From assembly GCA_965197645.1 (NCBI GenBank), contig OZ240219.1, positions 832,001 through 896,000 on the forward strand: a stretch of 64,000 nucleotides of DNA, read 5' to 3'. Below are positions 1 through 9,733 of this stretch, piece after piece. The notes under the pieces were generated by a model. That model saw only the letters and a program-made list of their open reading frames with translations, did not search any database and was not told where the DNA came from. A program made the position numbers and the translations under genes. Numbering within the stretch: the first letter of the stretch is position 1; every line of letters starts with the position of its first letter. Source of the DNA: Dehalococcoidia bacterium (GTDB lineage: Bacteria > Chloroflexota > Dehalococcoidia > Plut-88900).

Positions 1-1
1 G

Positions 2-295
2 GTGGGGAACGCCAGGCGAGTGGGGGAACGGCTGAAGAACCAGCTCGAAGGCCTGGTGGAGAAGCACGATATGGCAACGGAGGTGCGGGGCATGGGGCTT
101 CTCTTGGCCCTCGCCCTGAGCAGGGACGCGGCGGTCTCGATAGTCAACGAATGCCGGGACAACGGCCTCTTGGTGAACCCGGTGCGGCCCAACGCTGTGC
201 GCTTGATGCCTCCTCTGATAGTCACCGACGCCGACGTGGACCAGGCGATATCCATCCTCGATGCTGCGCTGGACAAGGTGGCAAAGGAAGCCTGA
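2..295 (+). CDS. argD: Acetylornithine aminotransferase (class III PLP), C-terminal fragment truncated by the window edge
   Basis: EVRGMGLLL...VRLMPPLIV class III aminotransferase C-terminus, directly upstream of argG. Confidence 0.8.
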   Translation: MGNARRVGERLKNQLEGLVEKHDMATEVRGMGLLLALALSRDAAVSIVNECRDNGLLVNPVRPNAVRLMPPLIVTDADVDQAISILDAALDKVAKEA

Positions 296-319
296 TTCAT
301 CACCGGAGGGGAACAACTA

Positions 320-1561
320 GTGGCTGAAAAAGCGGTACTGGCTTACAGCGGCGGGCTGGATACATCGGTGGCCATAAAGTGGCTCAATGATGCGTACGGC
401 GTCGACGTCGTCACCCTGTCCATCGACGTGGGAGGTGATATCGACTACGACGGCGTCAAGGAAAAAGCCCTGAACAGCGGCGCCATTGACGCCCGTGTCA
501 TAGACGCCCGAGACCTCTTCGTGCGCTATTTCGTCTTTCCGGCCCTGCAGGCCAACGCCATGTACGAAGGCAAGTACCCTCTGGCTACCGCCCTGGCCAG
601 GCCGCTGATGGCCAAGCTGCTGGTGGACGTGGCCCACGAGGTCGACGCCAATGCCGTGGCCCACGGTTGTACCGGCAAGGGCAACGACCAGGTGCGGTTC
701 GACGTTAGCGTAGGCGCCTTGGACCCTGAGCTGAGGATCATCGCCCCGGCTCGTGAGTGGGGCATGACCCGAGAGCAGGAGATAGAGTACGCCATCGAGC
801 ACGGCATTCCCGTGCCGGTGACGAAAGAGAGCTCCTACTCCACCGACGAGAACCTGTGGGGCCGCAGCATAGAATCGGGAGTGCTGGAGGACCCCTGGGT
901 CGAGCCGCCGGAAGAGGTATACCTGTGGACCACCGCCCCCGCCAACGCGCCCGACGAACCTCGCTACATCGAGGTCGGCTTCGAACAGGGCATTCCGGTA
1001 CGCCTCGACGGAGTAGAGATGGACGGGCTGGCCTTGGTCCAGGAGATACACCGGATCGGCGGAGAGCACGGGGTGGGTCGGATCGATCACCTGGAGAACC
1101 GGCTGGTGGGGATCAAGTCCAGGGAGATCTACGAGGCCCCCGCCGCGGTTGTGCTGACGGCCGCTCATCGAGCGCTGGAAGACATGACACTGACCAAGGA
1201 GCAGATGCGCTTCAAGGAAAGGGTAACCCAGGAGTACGCCGACCTGGTCTACAACGGGCTGTGGTTCACGACGTTGCACCAAGACCTGGCCGCCTACGTG
1301 CAGAGCACCCAGCGACACGTCACCGGCGTCATACGGGTTAGGCTTCACAAGGGCCAGGCCGAGGTGGTGGGCAGAAAGGCCGATAGGGCCCTCTACAGGA
1401 TGGAGCTTGCCACCTACGAGAAAGGCGATATGTTCGATCAGAGCGCGTCACCGGGCTTCATCCACATTTGGGGTCTTCCAGTGAGGGTCCAGGCCCGAGA
1501 GCAGCTATTGGACCAGCCCGAAGGCCCATTGGGAATCACCGGACCACTGTCTAGCGATTAG
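320..1561 (+). CDS. argG: Argininosuccinate synthase
   Basis: AYSGGLDTS, HGCTGKGNDQVRF, YSTDENLWGRSIE and ENRLVGIKSREIYEAP motifs; GGAGG RBS before a GTG start. Confidence 0.98.
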   Translation: MAEKAVLAYSGGLDTSVAIKWLNDAYGVDVVTLSIDVGGDIDYDGVKEKALNSGAIDARVIDARDLFVRYFVFPALQANAMYEGKYPLATALARPLMAKLLVDVAHEVDANAVAHGCTGKGNDQVRFDVSVGALDPELRIIAPAREWGMTREQEIEYAIEHGIPVPVTKESSYSTDENLWGRSIESGVLEDPWVEPPEEVYLWTTAPANAPDEPRYIEVGFEQGIPVRLDGVEMDGLALVQEIHRIGGEHGVGRIDHLENRLVGIKSREIYEAPAAVVLTAAHRALEDMTLTKEQMRFKERVTQEYADLVYNGLWFTTLHQDLAAYVQSTQRHVTGVIRVRLHKGQAEVVGRKADRALYRMELATYEKGDMFDQSASPGFIHIWGLPVRVQAREQLLDQPEGPLGITGPLSSD

Positions 1562-1570
1562 GGGACACAC

Positions 1571-2728
1571 ATGCAACAGGAACTGACTGATCAACAGAAA
1601 CAGATGGTCGGCGCTGTTCGAGACTTCGTTCAGCGGGAAGTGGTGCCGGTGGCGTCCAAGTATGATCACGGCGACGAGTACCCGGCCGACCTGGTGGACA
1701 AGCTGGCCGAGATGGGCCTGTTCGGCGCCGTCGTGCCCAAGGAGTACGGAGGCCTTGAGCTGGACAACGTCACCTTCGCCATGATCATCGAGGAGCTGTG
1801 CAAGGGTTGGATGAGCCTCAGCGGCACCCTGGGCAGCCACTCCATCATGACCTACTGTATCGCCAACTTCGGCACTCCCGAGCAGAAGGAACGGTTCCTG
1901 CCGGCCATCGCAAGGGGAGAGCGGCGGGGCGGCATCGGGCTTACCGAGCCCGGCGGCGGGAGCGATCTCCAGAACATCCAGACCAACGCCGTCCGTGATG
2001 GCGACGACTACGTTATCAACGGGTCCAAGATGTTCGTCACCAACGGCGCCAACGGCAACACCTTCGCCCTGCTCACCAAGACCGATCCCAATGCCGAGCC
2101 GGCACACAAGGGCATCAGCCTGGTCATCATCGAAAAAGACGGGCCCGGGTTTACCGTGGGCAAGAACATCAAGAAGATGGGTTACCGGGGCATCGACACC
2201 ACCGAGTTCGCCTTCCAGGACTTCCGGGTCCCGGTTACCAACCTGCTGGGAGGGGTGGAAGGCGATGGATTCAAGCAGATCATGTCGGGCCTGGAGGGCG
2301 GGCGGATCAACGTAGCCTCCAGGGCCGTGGGAGTCGCCCAGGCGGCCTTCGAGGCGGCGATACACTACGCCCAGCAGCGGGAGACCTTCGGCAAGCCCAT
2401 CGGGCAGCACCAGGCCATCCAGCTGAAGCTGGCGGACATGGCCACGAAGATCGAGGCCGCCCGATTATTGACCATGTCAGCGGCAGCCAAGAAGGACCGG
2501 GGCGAAAGGTGCGACCTGGAAGCGGGCATGGCTAAGCTCTTCGCCAGCGAGACCTGCCACGAGGTCACCATGGAGGCGATGAGGGTGCACGGCGGCTACG
2601 GCTTCACCGAGGAGTTTCCGGTGGAGCGGTACTTCCGGGATGCGCCGTTGATGATGATCGGCGAGGGCACCAACGAGATCCAGAGGCTGGTAATCGCCCG
2701 GAACCTGCTCAAGAAGTACCAGATCTAA
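1571..2728 (+). CDS. Acyl-CoA dehydrogenase (homotetrameric short-chain type)
   Basis: GLTEPGGGSD, NGSKMFVTNG, RETFGKPIGQHQAIQ, HGGYG and IGEGTNEIQR motifs. Confidence 0.95.
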   Translation: MQQELTDQQKQMVGAVRDFVQREVVPVASKYDHGDEYPADLVDKLAEMGLFGAVVPKEYGGLELDNVTFAMIIEELCKGWMSLSGTLGSHSIMTYCIANFGTPEQKERFLPAIARGERRGGIGLTEPGGGSDLQNIQTNAVRDGDDYVINGSKMFVTNGANGNTFALLTKTDPNAEPAHKGISLVIIEKDGPGFTVGKNIKKMGYRGIDTTEFAFQDFRVPVTNLLGGVEGDGFKQIMSGLEGGRINVASRAVGVAQAAFEAAIHYAQQRETFGKPIGQHQAIQLKLADMATKIEAARLLTMSAAAKKDRGERCDLEAGMAKLFASETCHEVTMEAMRVHGGYGFTEEFPVERYFRDAPLMMIGEGTNEIQRLVIARNLLKKYQI

Positions 2729-2960
2729 GCCTGCTTTCCGCCTGCAGCCTCTGTCCTACTTGCCAAGGACTTGGCATCGCTGCCATTTGGGAGTACGCAT
2801 CCAGAACAGCCTCTGAGGGGAAGGGTGCTGTCGTATGCAATCCCGGGCGGGTGACAGGATAAACCAACCTGGGGTGGGGCGAGTATGACAGCGGGTCATC
2901 CAGACCACCCTCATCCAATCTGCTATCCTTACACAGTATTTCTGACCCTGGGAGGTGCTG

Positions 2961-3446
2961 ATGATATACAACGATCGAGACACCTTTGGTTCCTGGTTCG
3001 AGGAGTACCAGGTAGGCGACATCTACAAGCATTGGCCCGGCCGTACCATCAACGAGTACGACGACACCCTGTTCAGCATGATCACGATGAACCATCAGCC
3101 GTTGCACATCGATGCTCACTACATGAAGGACAGTCAGTTCGGGCAGCGGCTGGTCAACGGCCTCTTGGTCATAAGTCTGGTGGTGGGCATGACTGTGCGG
3201 GACATCAGCGGCAAGGCCGTCGCCAACCTGGAGTACGAGAGCATAAAGCACCTGGGTCCCACTTTTCACGGGGATACCGTGTACGCCGAGACGGAGATCC
3301 TGGAGAAGAAAGAGTCCAGGAGCAAGCCGGACCGCGGCGTCCTGTACGTCGAGACCCGGGCCTGGAACCAAAAGGACCAGCAGATACTGACCCTCAGGCG
3401 CCGGGTGATGATCAGGAAGAGGAATGGAGCGGATGGCTCCGGCTGA
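2961..3446 (+). CDS. MaoC-family (hot-dog fold) dehydratase
   Basis: FEEYQVG..HWPGRTI..D..F..ITMNHQPLHID, FGQRLVNG and PTFHGDT motifs; GGAGG at 2951 favours ATG 2961. Confidence 0.9.
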   Translation: MIYNDRDTFGSWFEEYQVGDIYKHWPGRTINEYDDTLFSMITMNHQPLHIDAHYMKDSQFGQRLVNGLLVISLVVGMTVRDISGKAVANLEYESIKHLGPTFHGDTVYAETEILEKKESRSKPDRGVLYVETRAWNQKDQQILTLRRRVMIRKRNGADGSG

Positions 3447-3478
3447 CAGCAATAGGGCCCCTTGGCCAAACGATGCGG

Positions 3479-3967
3479 ATGTCTACGCGCTTGACTGACA
3501 GCGAAATAGCTGAGCTAATCGAAATAGCGAAGCCCTTAGATGCTAACTTTCGCAACAGGTTGAACCGACGCCCGAAAAGGGGTCATGAGGAGAGCGGCCT
3601 CGATTTCCGCGGTGAAGATGGATCTAGATTCAGGATGATCTTGAGGAGGAGCCTGTCAAATCCTCTGTCTTTCTCCGCTATCCTGGCCTATCGGGTGCCC
3701 GGGTCGAATCAAATCTTCAGGCTGAGGCGTTACAATGGAAGGGCACATGAACACACAAACGTTATAGAGCGTGAGACTTTCTACGCCTTTCACATCCATG
3801 AAGCTACCGAACGCTACCAAGAACTCGGTGGGAAAGAGGACGGGTACGCTCAGTCTACGGACAGGTTTGTAGACCTAGACGGGGCTATCGACTGTTTGAT
3901 CGAGGACTGTAATCTTGTGCTACCCCCGGATCCCCAGCTAACAATGCCTTTGGAGCTATCCAAGTGA
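3479..3967 (+). CDS. Conserved-looking hypothetical protein with His motifs (RRYNGxxHxHxN...FHIH), partner of the DUF1828-like gene
   Basis: 3' part of track ORF 2885..3967; its 5' part is a shadow of the MaoC gene. GTGA overlap with the next gene; atypical codon usage. Confidence 0.7.
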   Translation: MSTRLTDSEIAELIEIAKPLDANFRNRLNRRPKRGHEESGLDFRGEDGSRFRMILRRSLSNPLSFSAILAYRVPGSNQIFRLRRYNGRAHEHTNVIERETFYAFHIHEATERYQELGGKEDGYAQSTDRFVDLDGAIDCLIEDCNLVLPPDPQLTMPLELSK

Positions 3968-4749
3968 ATGTCGAAGAGGTCGTAGACCGGTTCCGGGAAA
4001 GGGTTCACTCCCAAATCGCCCTAGTGCCCGAGGGTATTGAACGCTACCGCGTCTCTACTCCCTTCAGGTTCGATGATGGAGACCATCTGTCTATCGTACT
4101 GAAACGGGATATCGGCGACTGGTATCTGTCCGACGAAGGCGCAACTTTCATGCATCTGACCTATGATATGGACGAACAGGACTTTCTACGTGGCAACCGC
4201 CAGACCATTATCGAGAATTCACTCTCGATGTTCGGGGTCAACGACAACGAAGGTGAACTCAAGTTAGTCGTTTCCGACGAGGGTTACGGGGATGCTCTGT
4301 ACAGCTTCGTCCAAGCGTTGCTCAAGATCAGCGACGTCACCTTTCTAAGCAGGGAAATCCCGCAGACTACCTTCAAGGACGACTGCCGTGAACTCATAAA
4401 GGACGCTGTGCCCGAGAGAAATCTGCACCCACATTGGCACGATCCGGTACGTGACCCGGAAGGCAAGTACGTCGTGACCTATAGGATCAACAGGCCAGCC
4501 AGACCACTTTTCGTCTACCCTCTGCCTAATGACGACCACACTAGGGACGCCAATATCGCCCTTCAGTGTTTTCAAGCGTGGGAGATGGAGTTTACTTCTG
4601 TTGGAATCTTTTATGACCAGACCCAGATAAACCGTAAGGTTCTAGCCCGGTTCACCGATGTCTGCGATAGGCAATTCTCGAGCTTGGCAACCAACAAGGA
4701 ACGCATAGCCCAATACCTTCGACAAGAAAACGGTGCCGGGACCATTTAA
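3964..4749 (+). CDS. DUF1828-like domain protein
   Basis: YRVSTPFRFDDGDHLSI...WYLSDEGAT...FVQALLKISD resembles the DUF1828 N-domain. Confidence 0.7.
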   Translation: MNVEEVVDRFRERVHSQIALVPEGIERYRVSTPFRFDDGDHLSIVLKRDIGDWYLSDEGATFMHLTYDMDEQDFLRGNRQTIIENSLSMFGVNDNEGELKLVVSDEGYGDALYSFVQALLKISDVTFLSREIPQTTFKDDCRELIKDAVPERNLHPHWHDPVRDPEGKYVVTYRINRPARPLFVYPLPNDDHTRDANIALQCFQAWEMEFTSVGIFYDQTQINRKVLARFTDVCDRQFSSLATNKERIAQYLRQENGAGTI

Positions 4750-4794
4750 TGTTTCGAGCTGATTTAGCGATAAATCAGGATTCGCCCGCACAAG

Positions 4795-6142
<1,348 letters not shown>

Positions 6143-6150
<8 letters not shown>

Positions 6151-6823
6151 CACAAGCTCCGTGAAGTACGCTCCATCGATCCTCTCGGCCGACTTTGCTC
6201 GGCTGGGCGAGGAGATTGCCGAGGCTACGGAAGCCGGCGCCGACTACATCCACGTCGACGTGATGGACGGCCGGTTCGTGCCCAACCTCACAGCCGGGCC
6301 GGTCGTGGTCCAGGCCGTGAGATCGTGGACCGGGCTTCCCCTGGACGTGCATATGATGGTAGAGGAACCGGACCGTTTGATACCCCAGTTCGCCGAGGCT
6401 GGTGCCGACATCATGACCGTCCACCCCGAAGCTTGCTATCACCTGCACAGGGTCATATACCAAATAAAGGACCTGGGCGCCAGAGCCGGCGTGGCCTTGA
6501 ATCCGGGAACTTCCATATCGGCCATCGAGGACGTGCTGCCGGACCTGGACCTGGTACTGGTGATGACCGTAAACCCGGGCTTCGGCGGTCAGAAATTCAT
6601 CGAATCCCTGGTGGGCAAGATAGCCCGCATGCGCCAGCGATTGGACGAACTGGGGGTCAAGGCGGAGCTGGAGGTGGACGGGGGCATCTCGGCGGTCACG
6701 GCGCCTCTAGTGGTGGAAGCAGGGGCCAGGGTGCTGGTAGCCGGTTCCGCGGTCTTCAACGATAGAGAACCGGTGGCTGATGCGCTGGCCAGGATCAAAG
6801 CCAGCGTAGAGAACGCTAGCTAG
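6143..6823 (+). CDS. rpe: Ribulose-phosphate 3-epimerase
   Basis: APSILSADF, HVDVMDGRFVPN, DVHMMV, MTVNPGFGGQ and EVDGG motifs; start may be 6161. Confidence 0.97.
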
Positions 6824-7692
6824 CCTTCCAACTCGGCGAGAAGCCGATCGAGGATGACCTTCACCTGCTCGAAGGAGGCCGCTCCCTGTATCTTCTCGTC
6901 GCCCACGAAGATCGTAGGGGTGCTGCTCACGCCCCTGTCAATAGCCAGAGCATTTCCGTCCCGAACTATCTGCAGGTGCCTCTGGGAGTCCAGGCAGGCT
7001 GAGAAATCGTCTGCATCGAGCTCCAACTCACCAGCGAAACCCTTGAGGTTGTCGTTTGAGTATGCGCCCGCGTTGTAGCCTCGCTGATTTTCGAACAGCA
7101 GGTCGTGGTAGTCCCAGAAGGAGCCCTGCTCGCCGGCGCACTCAACCGCCAGGGCGGCGCCGGTCGATTCCGGCCCGATGAAGGTGTAGTGGTAGTAGAC
7201 GATCTTGACCTTGCCGGTATCTACGTACTCCTGTTTGATCTGGGGCACCGTCCCGCGGGCCCATCTTCCGCAGTGCGGTCACTGGAAGTCGGAGAACTCC
7301 AGCATAGTCAGAGGTGCGTCGGCCGAGCCGAGGACGTTCCAACCCTGGGTGTCTGGGGTTGCAGGCTGGGGTGTCGAGGTGGCCTCGGAAATGGGAGTAG
7401 AGGCGGGCTGCTGTGTCGGCGTTGGGGTAGCGGCGACGTGTGTGGACATGGGCTGCTCAGTCGACGTTGGGGTGGCGGCAGCGTGTGTGGACGTAGGCTG
7501 CTCAGTCGACGTTGGGGTGGCGGCAGCGTGTGTGGACGTAGGCTGCTCAGTCGACGTCGGGGTAGCGGCAACAGGCGTGGAATCGGGTTGCTGCGTCGGG
7601 GTCGTAGTACCATCGCCGGACGTGCAGGCGACTATGACCGCCGCCAGAAGCAACAGTAGCGGGAACGCGAGTAGACGGTAGCGGGAGGGCAT
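6820..7692 (-). CDS. DsbA/BdbD-like thioredoxin-fold lipoprotein with in-frame TGA (probable selenocysteine, U-P-H-C)
   Basis: Track ORFs 7279..7692 and 6820..7248 are in the same frame. Reading through TGA (7281-7279) gives MLEFSDFQ-U-PHCGRWARGTVPQIKQEYVDTGKV...GVSSTPT; lipobox VIVAC at the N-terminus. Confidence 0.88.
7243..7262 (-). promoter_or_regulatory. Candidate bacterial SECIS hairpin
   Basis: mRNA GGGC-CCG-[CGGGA]-CGG-U-GCCC starts 16 nt 3' of the UGA, with a G-containing apical loop and a bulged U. Confidence 0.55.
7415..7570 (-). repeat. 45-bp tandem repeat (about 3.5 copies) encoding a Pro/Thr-rich linker, TPTSTEQPTSTHAAA
   Basis: Identical units at 7460-7504 and 7505-7549, with degenerate flanking copies. 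Confidence 0.9.
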
Positions 7693-7714
7693 GAGAATAA
7701 TGGCCTGACTGGAG

Positions 7715-7900
7715 CTAGACAGCGACCTTGTACTGGGTCCGGAGGCAGCGGGTGCATAGCTTCATCCGCTGTCGTTTGCCATCGACCCACAGGGTGACCG
7801 GGTGGACGTTGGGCTTGAACTGCCGGGGCGTGTGCCTCTTGGAGTGGCTCACGTTCCGTCCCATCCGGGGCACCTTGTCACATATTTCGCACTTGGCCAC
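7715..7900 (-). CDS. rpmB: 50S ribosomal protein L28 (Zn-ribbon type)
   Basis: CEICDK..GRNVSHSKRHT.RQFKPNV...LCTRCLR; divergent from the DAK2 gene. Confidence 0.96.
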   Translation of the reverse strand: MAKCEICDKVPRMGRNVSHSKRHTPRQFKPNVHPVTLWVDGKRQRMKLCTRCLRTQYKVAV

Positions 7901-7987
7901 TGGGTCCCTCTTTGACTGAGCCTGAAGGTTCTTGTAGAATCCGGAGCATACCGTAACATAACTTATCCCGCCCTACAACCGCTTCAA

Positions 7988-9598
7988 ATGCAAGAACTCC
8001 ACGATGGCCAGCGGGTAAGGGAGATGTTCGCTGCCGGTACCCGATGGCTGGAATCCAACGTCGATGCCATCAACTCCCTGAACGTCTTCCCCGTTCCCGA
8101 TGGCGATACCGGCACCAACATGCTGTTCACCATGCGTGAAGCCATGCGGGCTGTCGACGAGTGCGACGACACCTCGCTGGACGCCGTGCTCCAGGCGATA
8201 GCCCGAGGGGCCTTGATGGGTGCTCGAGGCAACAGCGGCGTGATCCTCTCCCAGGTGCTGCGGGGGTTCGCCAAGGGAGCCGAGGGGAGTCCCAACCTGG
8301 ATGGCCCGACCCTTGGATCGGCCCTGAAGGAGGCTTCGTCGTCGGCGTACAAAGCGGTGAGCAACCCGGTGGAGGGCACGATGCTCACCGTTGCCAGGGA
8401 GTGCTCCGAAGCCGCCGAGAGGGCCGCCGGCGAGAGTCCCGACCTGGAGGAAGTGCTACAGGCCGCCGTCGAGGGCGCCCAGGAGTCCGTCGCCCGGACG
8501 CCGGAACTGCTGCCCGTGCTGCAGGAGGCGGGAGTGGTGGATGCCGGCGGACAGGGTCTGGTCACGCTGCTGGAAGGCGCCCTCAAATCCCTACGCAACG
8601 AGCCCATCGAGTCCGCACCCAGGCTGGCAATGAGCGAGGGCATAATCCGCCTGGCCCGAGGGACTACCGAGGAAGTAGAGAAAGAGCTGGGCTTCTGCGT
8701 GCAGTATCTCATCGAGGGACGAGACTTGGATCTGGCAGCCGTGCGTGAGGGGATAAACCGGGTGGGAACCTCTACCGTGGTGGTGGGAGACTCCGACACC
8801 GTCCGGGTGCATACCCATAGCCTGGAACCCGACGCAGCCATGGAGTTCGGAGAATCGATGGGGAGCCTATCCCGGATCAGCGTGGAGAACATAGATGACC
8901 AGCACGCCGACCTCCTCCTTTCCAAGCAGAACGCACAGGACGCTGCCGTATCCATTGTAGTCGTTGCCTCGGGGGACGGGTTCAAGGAGCTGTTCGCCGG
9001 TCTCGGCGCTTTCGCCGTGGTAGACGGCGGCCAGACGATGAATCCCAGTACAGAGGACCTTCTAACCGCCATCGAAGCGGCCCCGGCGCCCGAGGTGATC
9101 GTGCTTCCCAACAACAAGAACATCGTGCCGGCGGCCCGTCAGGCCGCATCCCTGTCTCAGAAGGCCGTGGAGGTGGTGCCGACGACGACCGTTCCCCAGG
9201 GCGTGGCATCCGTGCTGGCCTTCAACGCCGAGCTGAGCTTCGCCGATAACGTTGCCGCTGTCAAAGAAGCCTTCAGCGAAGTAACGACCCTGGAGATAAC
9301 CAACGCTGTCAGACCGTCCAGGCTAAACGGACTGAACATTGAACAGGGCGATGCCATCGGCCTGCTGGACGGGAAGCTGCTTGCCTCGGGCCGGAGCGCG
9401 GTTGAGGTGGTAGCCTCCCTGGCGAAGCTTTGCGATCCCGAGACCTCTCTGCTGGCGACCGTCTACTACGGAGCCCAGACCGGTTCCGACAACGTCGACA
9501 CCATCGTCGAGTCGTTGGAGCGGAGTTTGCCGGGAATCGAGGTGGAGACCGTTGCCGGCGGCCAGCCCGACTACGAGTTCGTCATCTCGCTGGAATAG
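7988..9598 (+). CDS. DAK2-domain protein (fatty acid kinase subunit A / YloV-like)
   Basis: NSLNVFPVPDGDTGTNM, GARGNSGVILSQ, VVDAGGQG, GGQTMNPST and GGQP motifs. Confidence 0.95.
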   Translation: MQELHDGQRVREMFAAGTRWLESNVDAINSLNVFPVPDGDTGTNMLFTMREAMRAVDECDDTSLDAVLQAIARGALMGARGNSGVILSQVLRGFAKGAEGSPNLDGPTLGSALKEASSSAYKAVSNPVEGTMLTVARECSEAAERAAGESPDLEEVLQAAVEGAQESVARTPELLPVLQEAGVVDAGGQGLVTLLEGALKSLRNEPIESAPRLAMSEGIIRLARGTTEEVEKELGFCVQYLIEGRDLDLAAVREGINRVGTSTVVVGDSDTVRVHTHSLEPDAAMEFGESMGSLSRISVENIDDQHADLLLSKQNAQDAAVSIVVVASGDGFKELFAGLGAFAVVDGGQTMNPSTEDLLTAIEAAPAPEVIVLPNNKNIVPAARQAASLSQKAVEVVPTTTVPQGVASVLAFNAELSFADNVAAVKEAFSEVTTLEITNAVRPSRLNGLNIEQGDAIGLLDGKLLASGRSAVEVVASLAKLCDPETSLLATVYYGAQTGSDNVDTIVESLERSLPGIEVETVAGGQPDYEFVISLE

Positions 9599-9733
9599 CC
9601 CCTTCGCCGCGACTCCCAATATGGCCGTCAGGACAGCAACCGATAGCACTGCAGACCTCTCATCCTGCCAGCTTGAACCGGCCCTGAGCGCCCCCGTAGG
9701 CCTCGTTGCTATGGGCATGACTAAGACCCGCGA

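Noticed and set aside
317-1348. Long antisense ORFs (also 1505..2410, 7984..9123, 16188..17612, 28041..29150, 41996..43228 and others)
   Set aside because: These are shadows of well-supported genes on the opposite strand, expected in high-GC DNA, and show no family motifs.
2885-3478. 5' part of the 360-aa ORF 2885..3967
   Set aside because: It overlaps the MaoC gene in another frame with low-complexity Arg/His/Gly sequence; the real gene starts near 3473-3479.
6820-6823. Convergent genes sharing overlapping TAG stops (CTAG), also at 61974-61977
   Set aside because: This is a common 4-nt convergent overlap and not informative on its own.
7415-7570. Tandem repeats as a CRISPR array
   Set aside because: The units are contiguous with no unique spacers, lie in frame within a CDS, and no cas genes are present.
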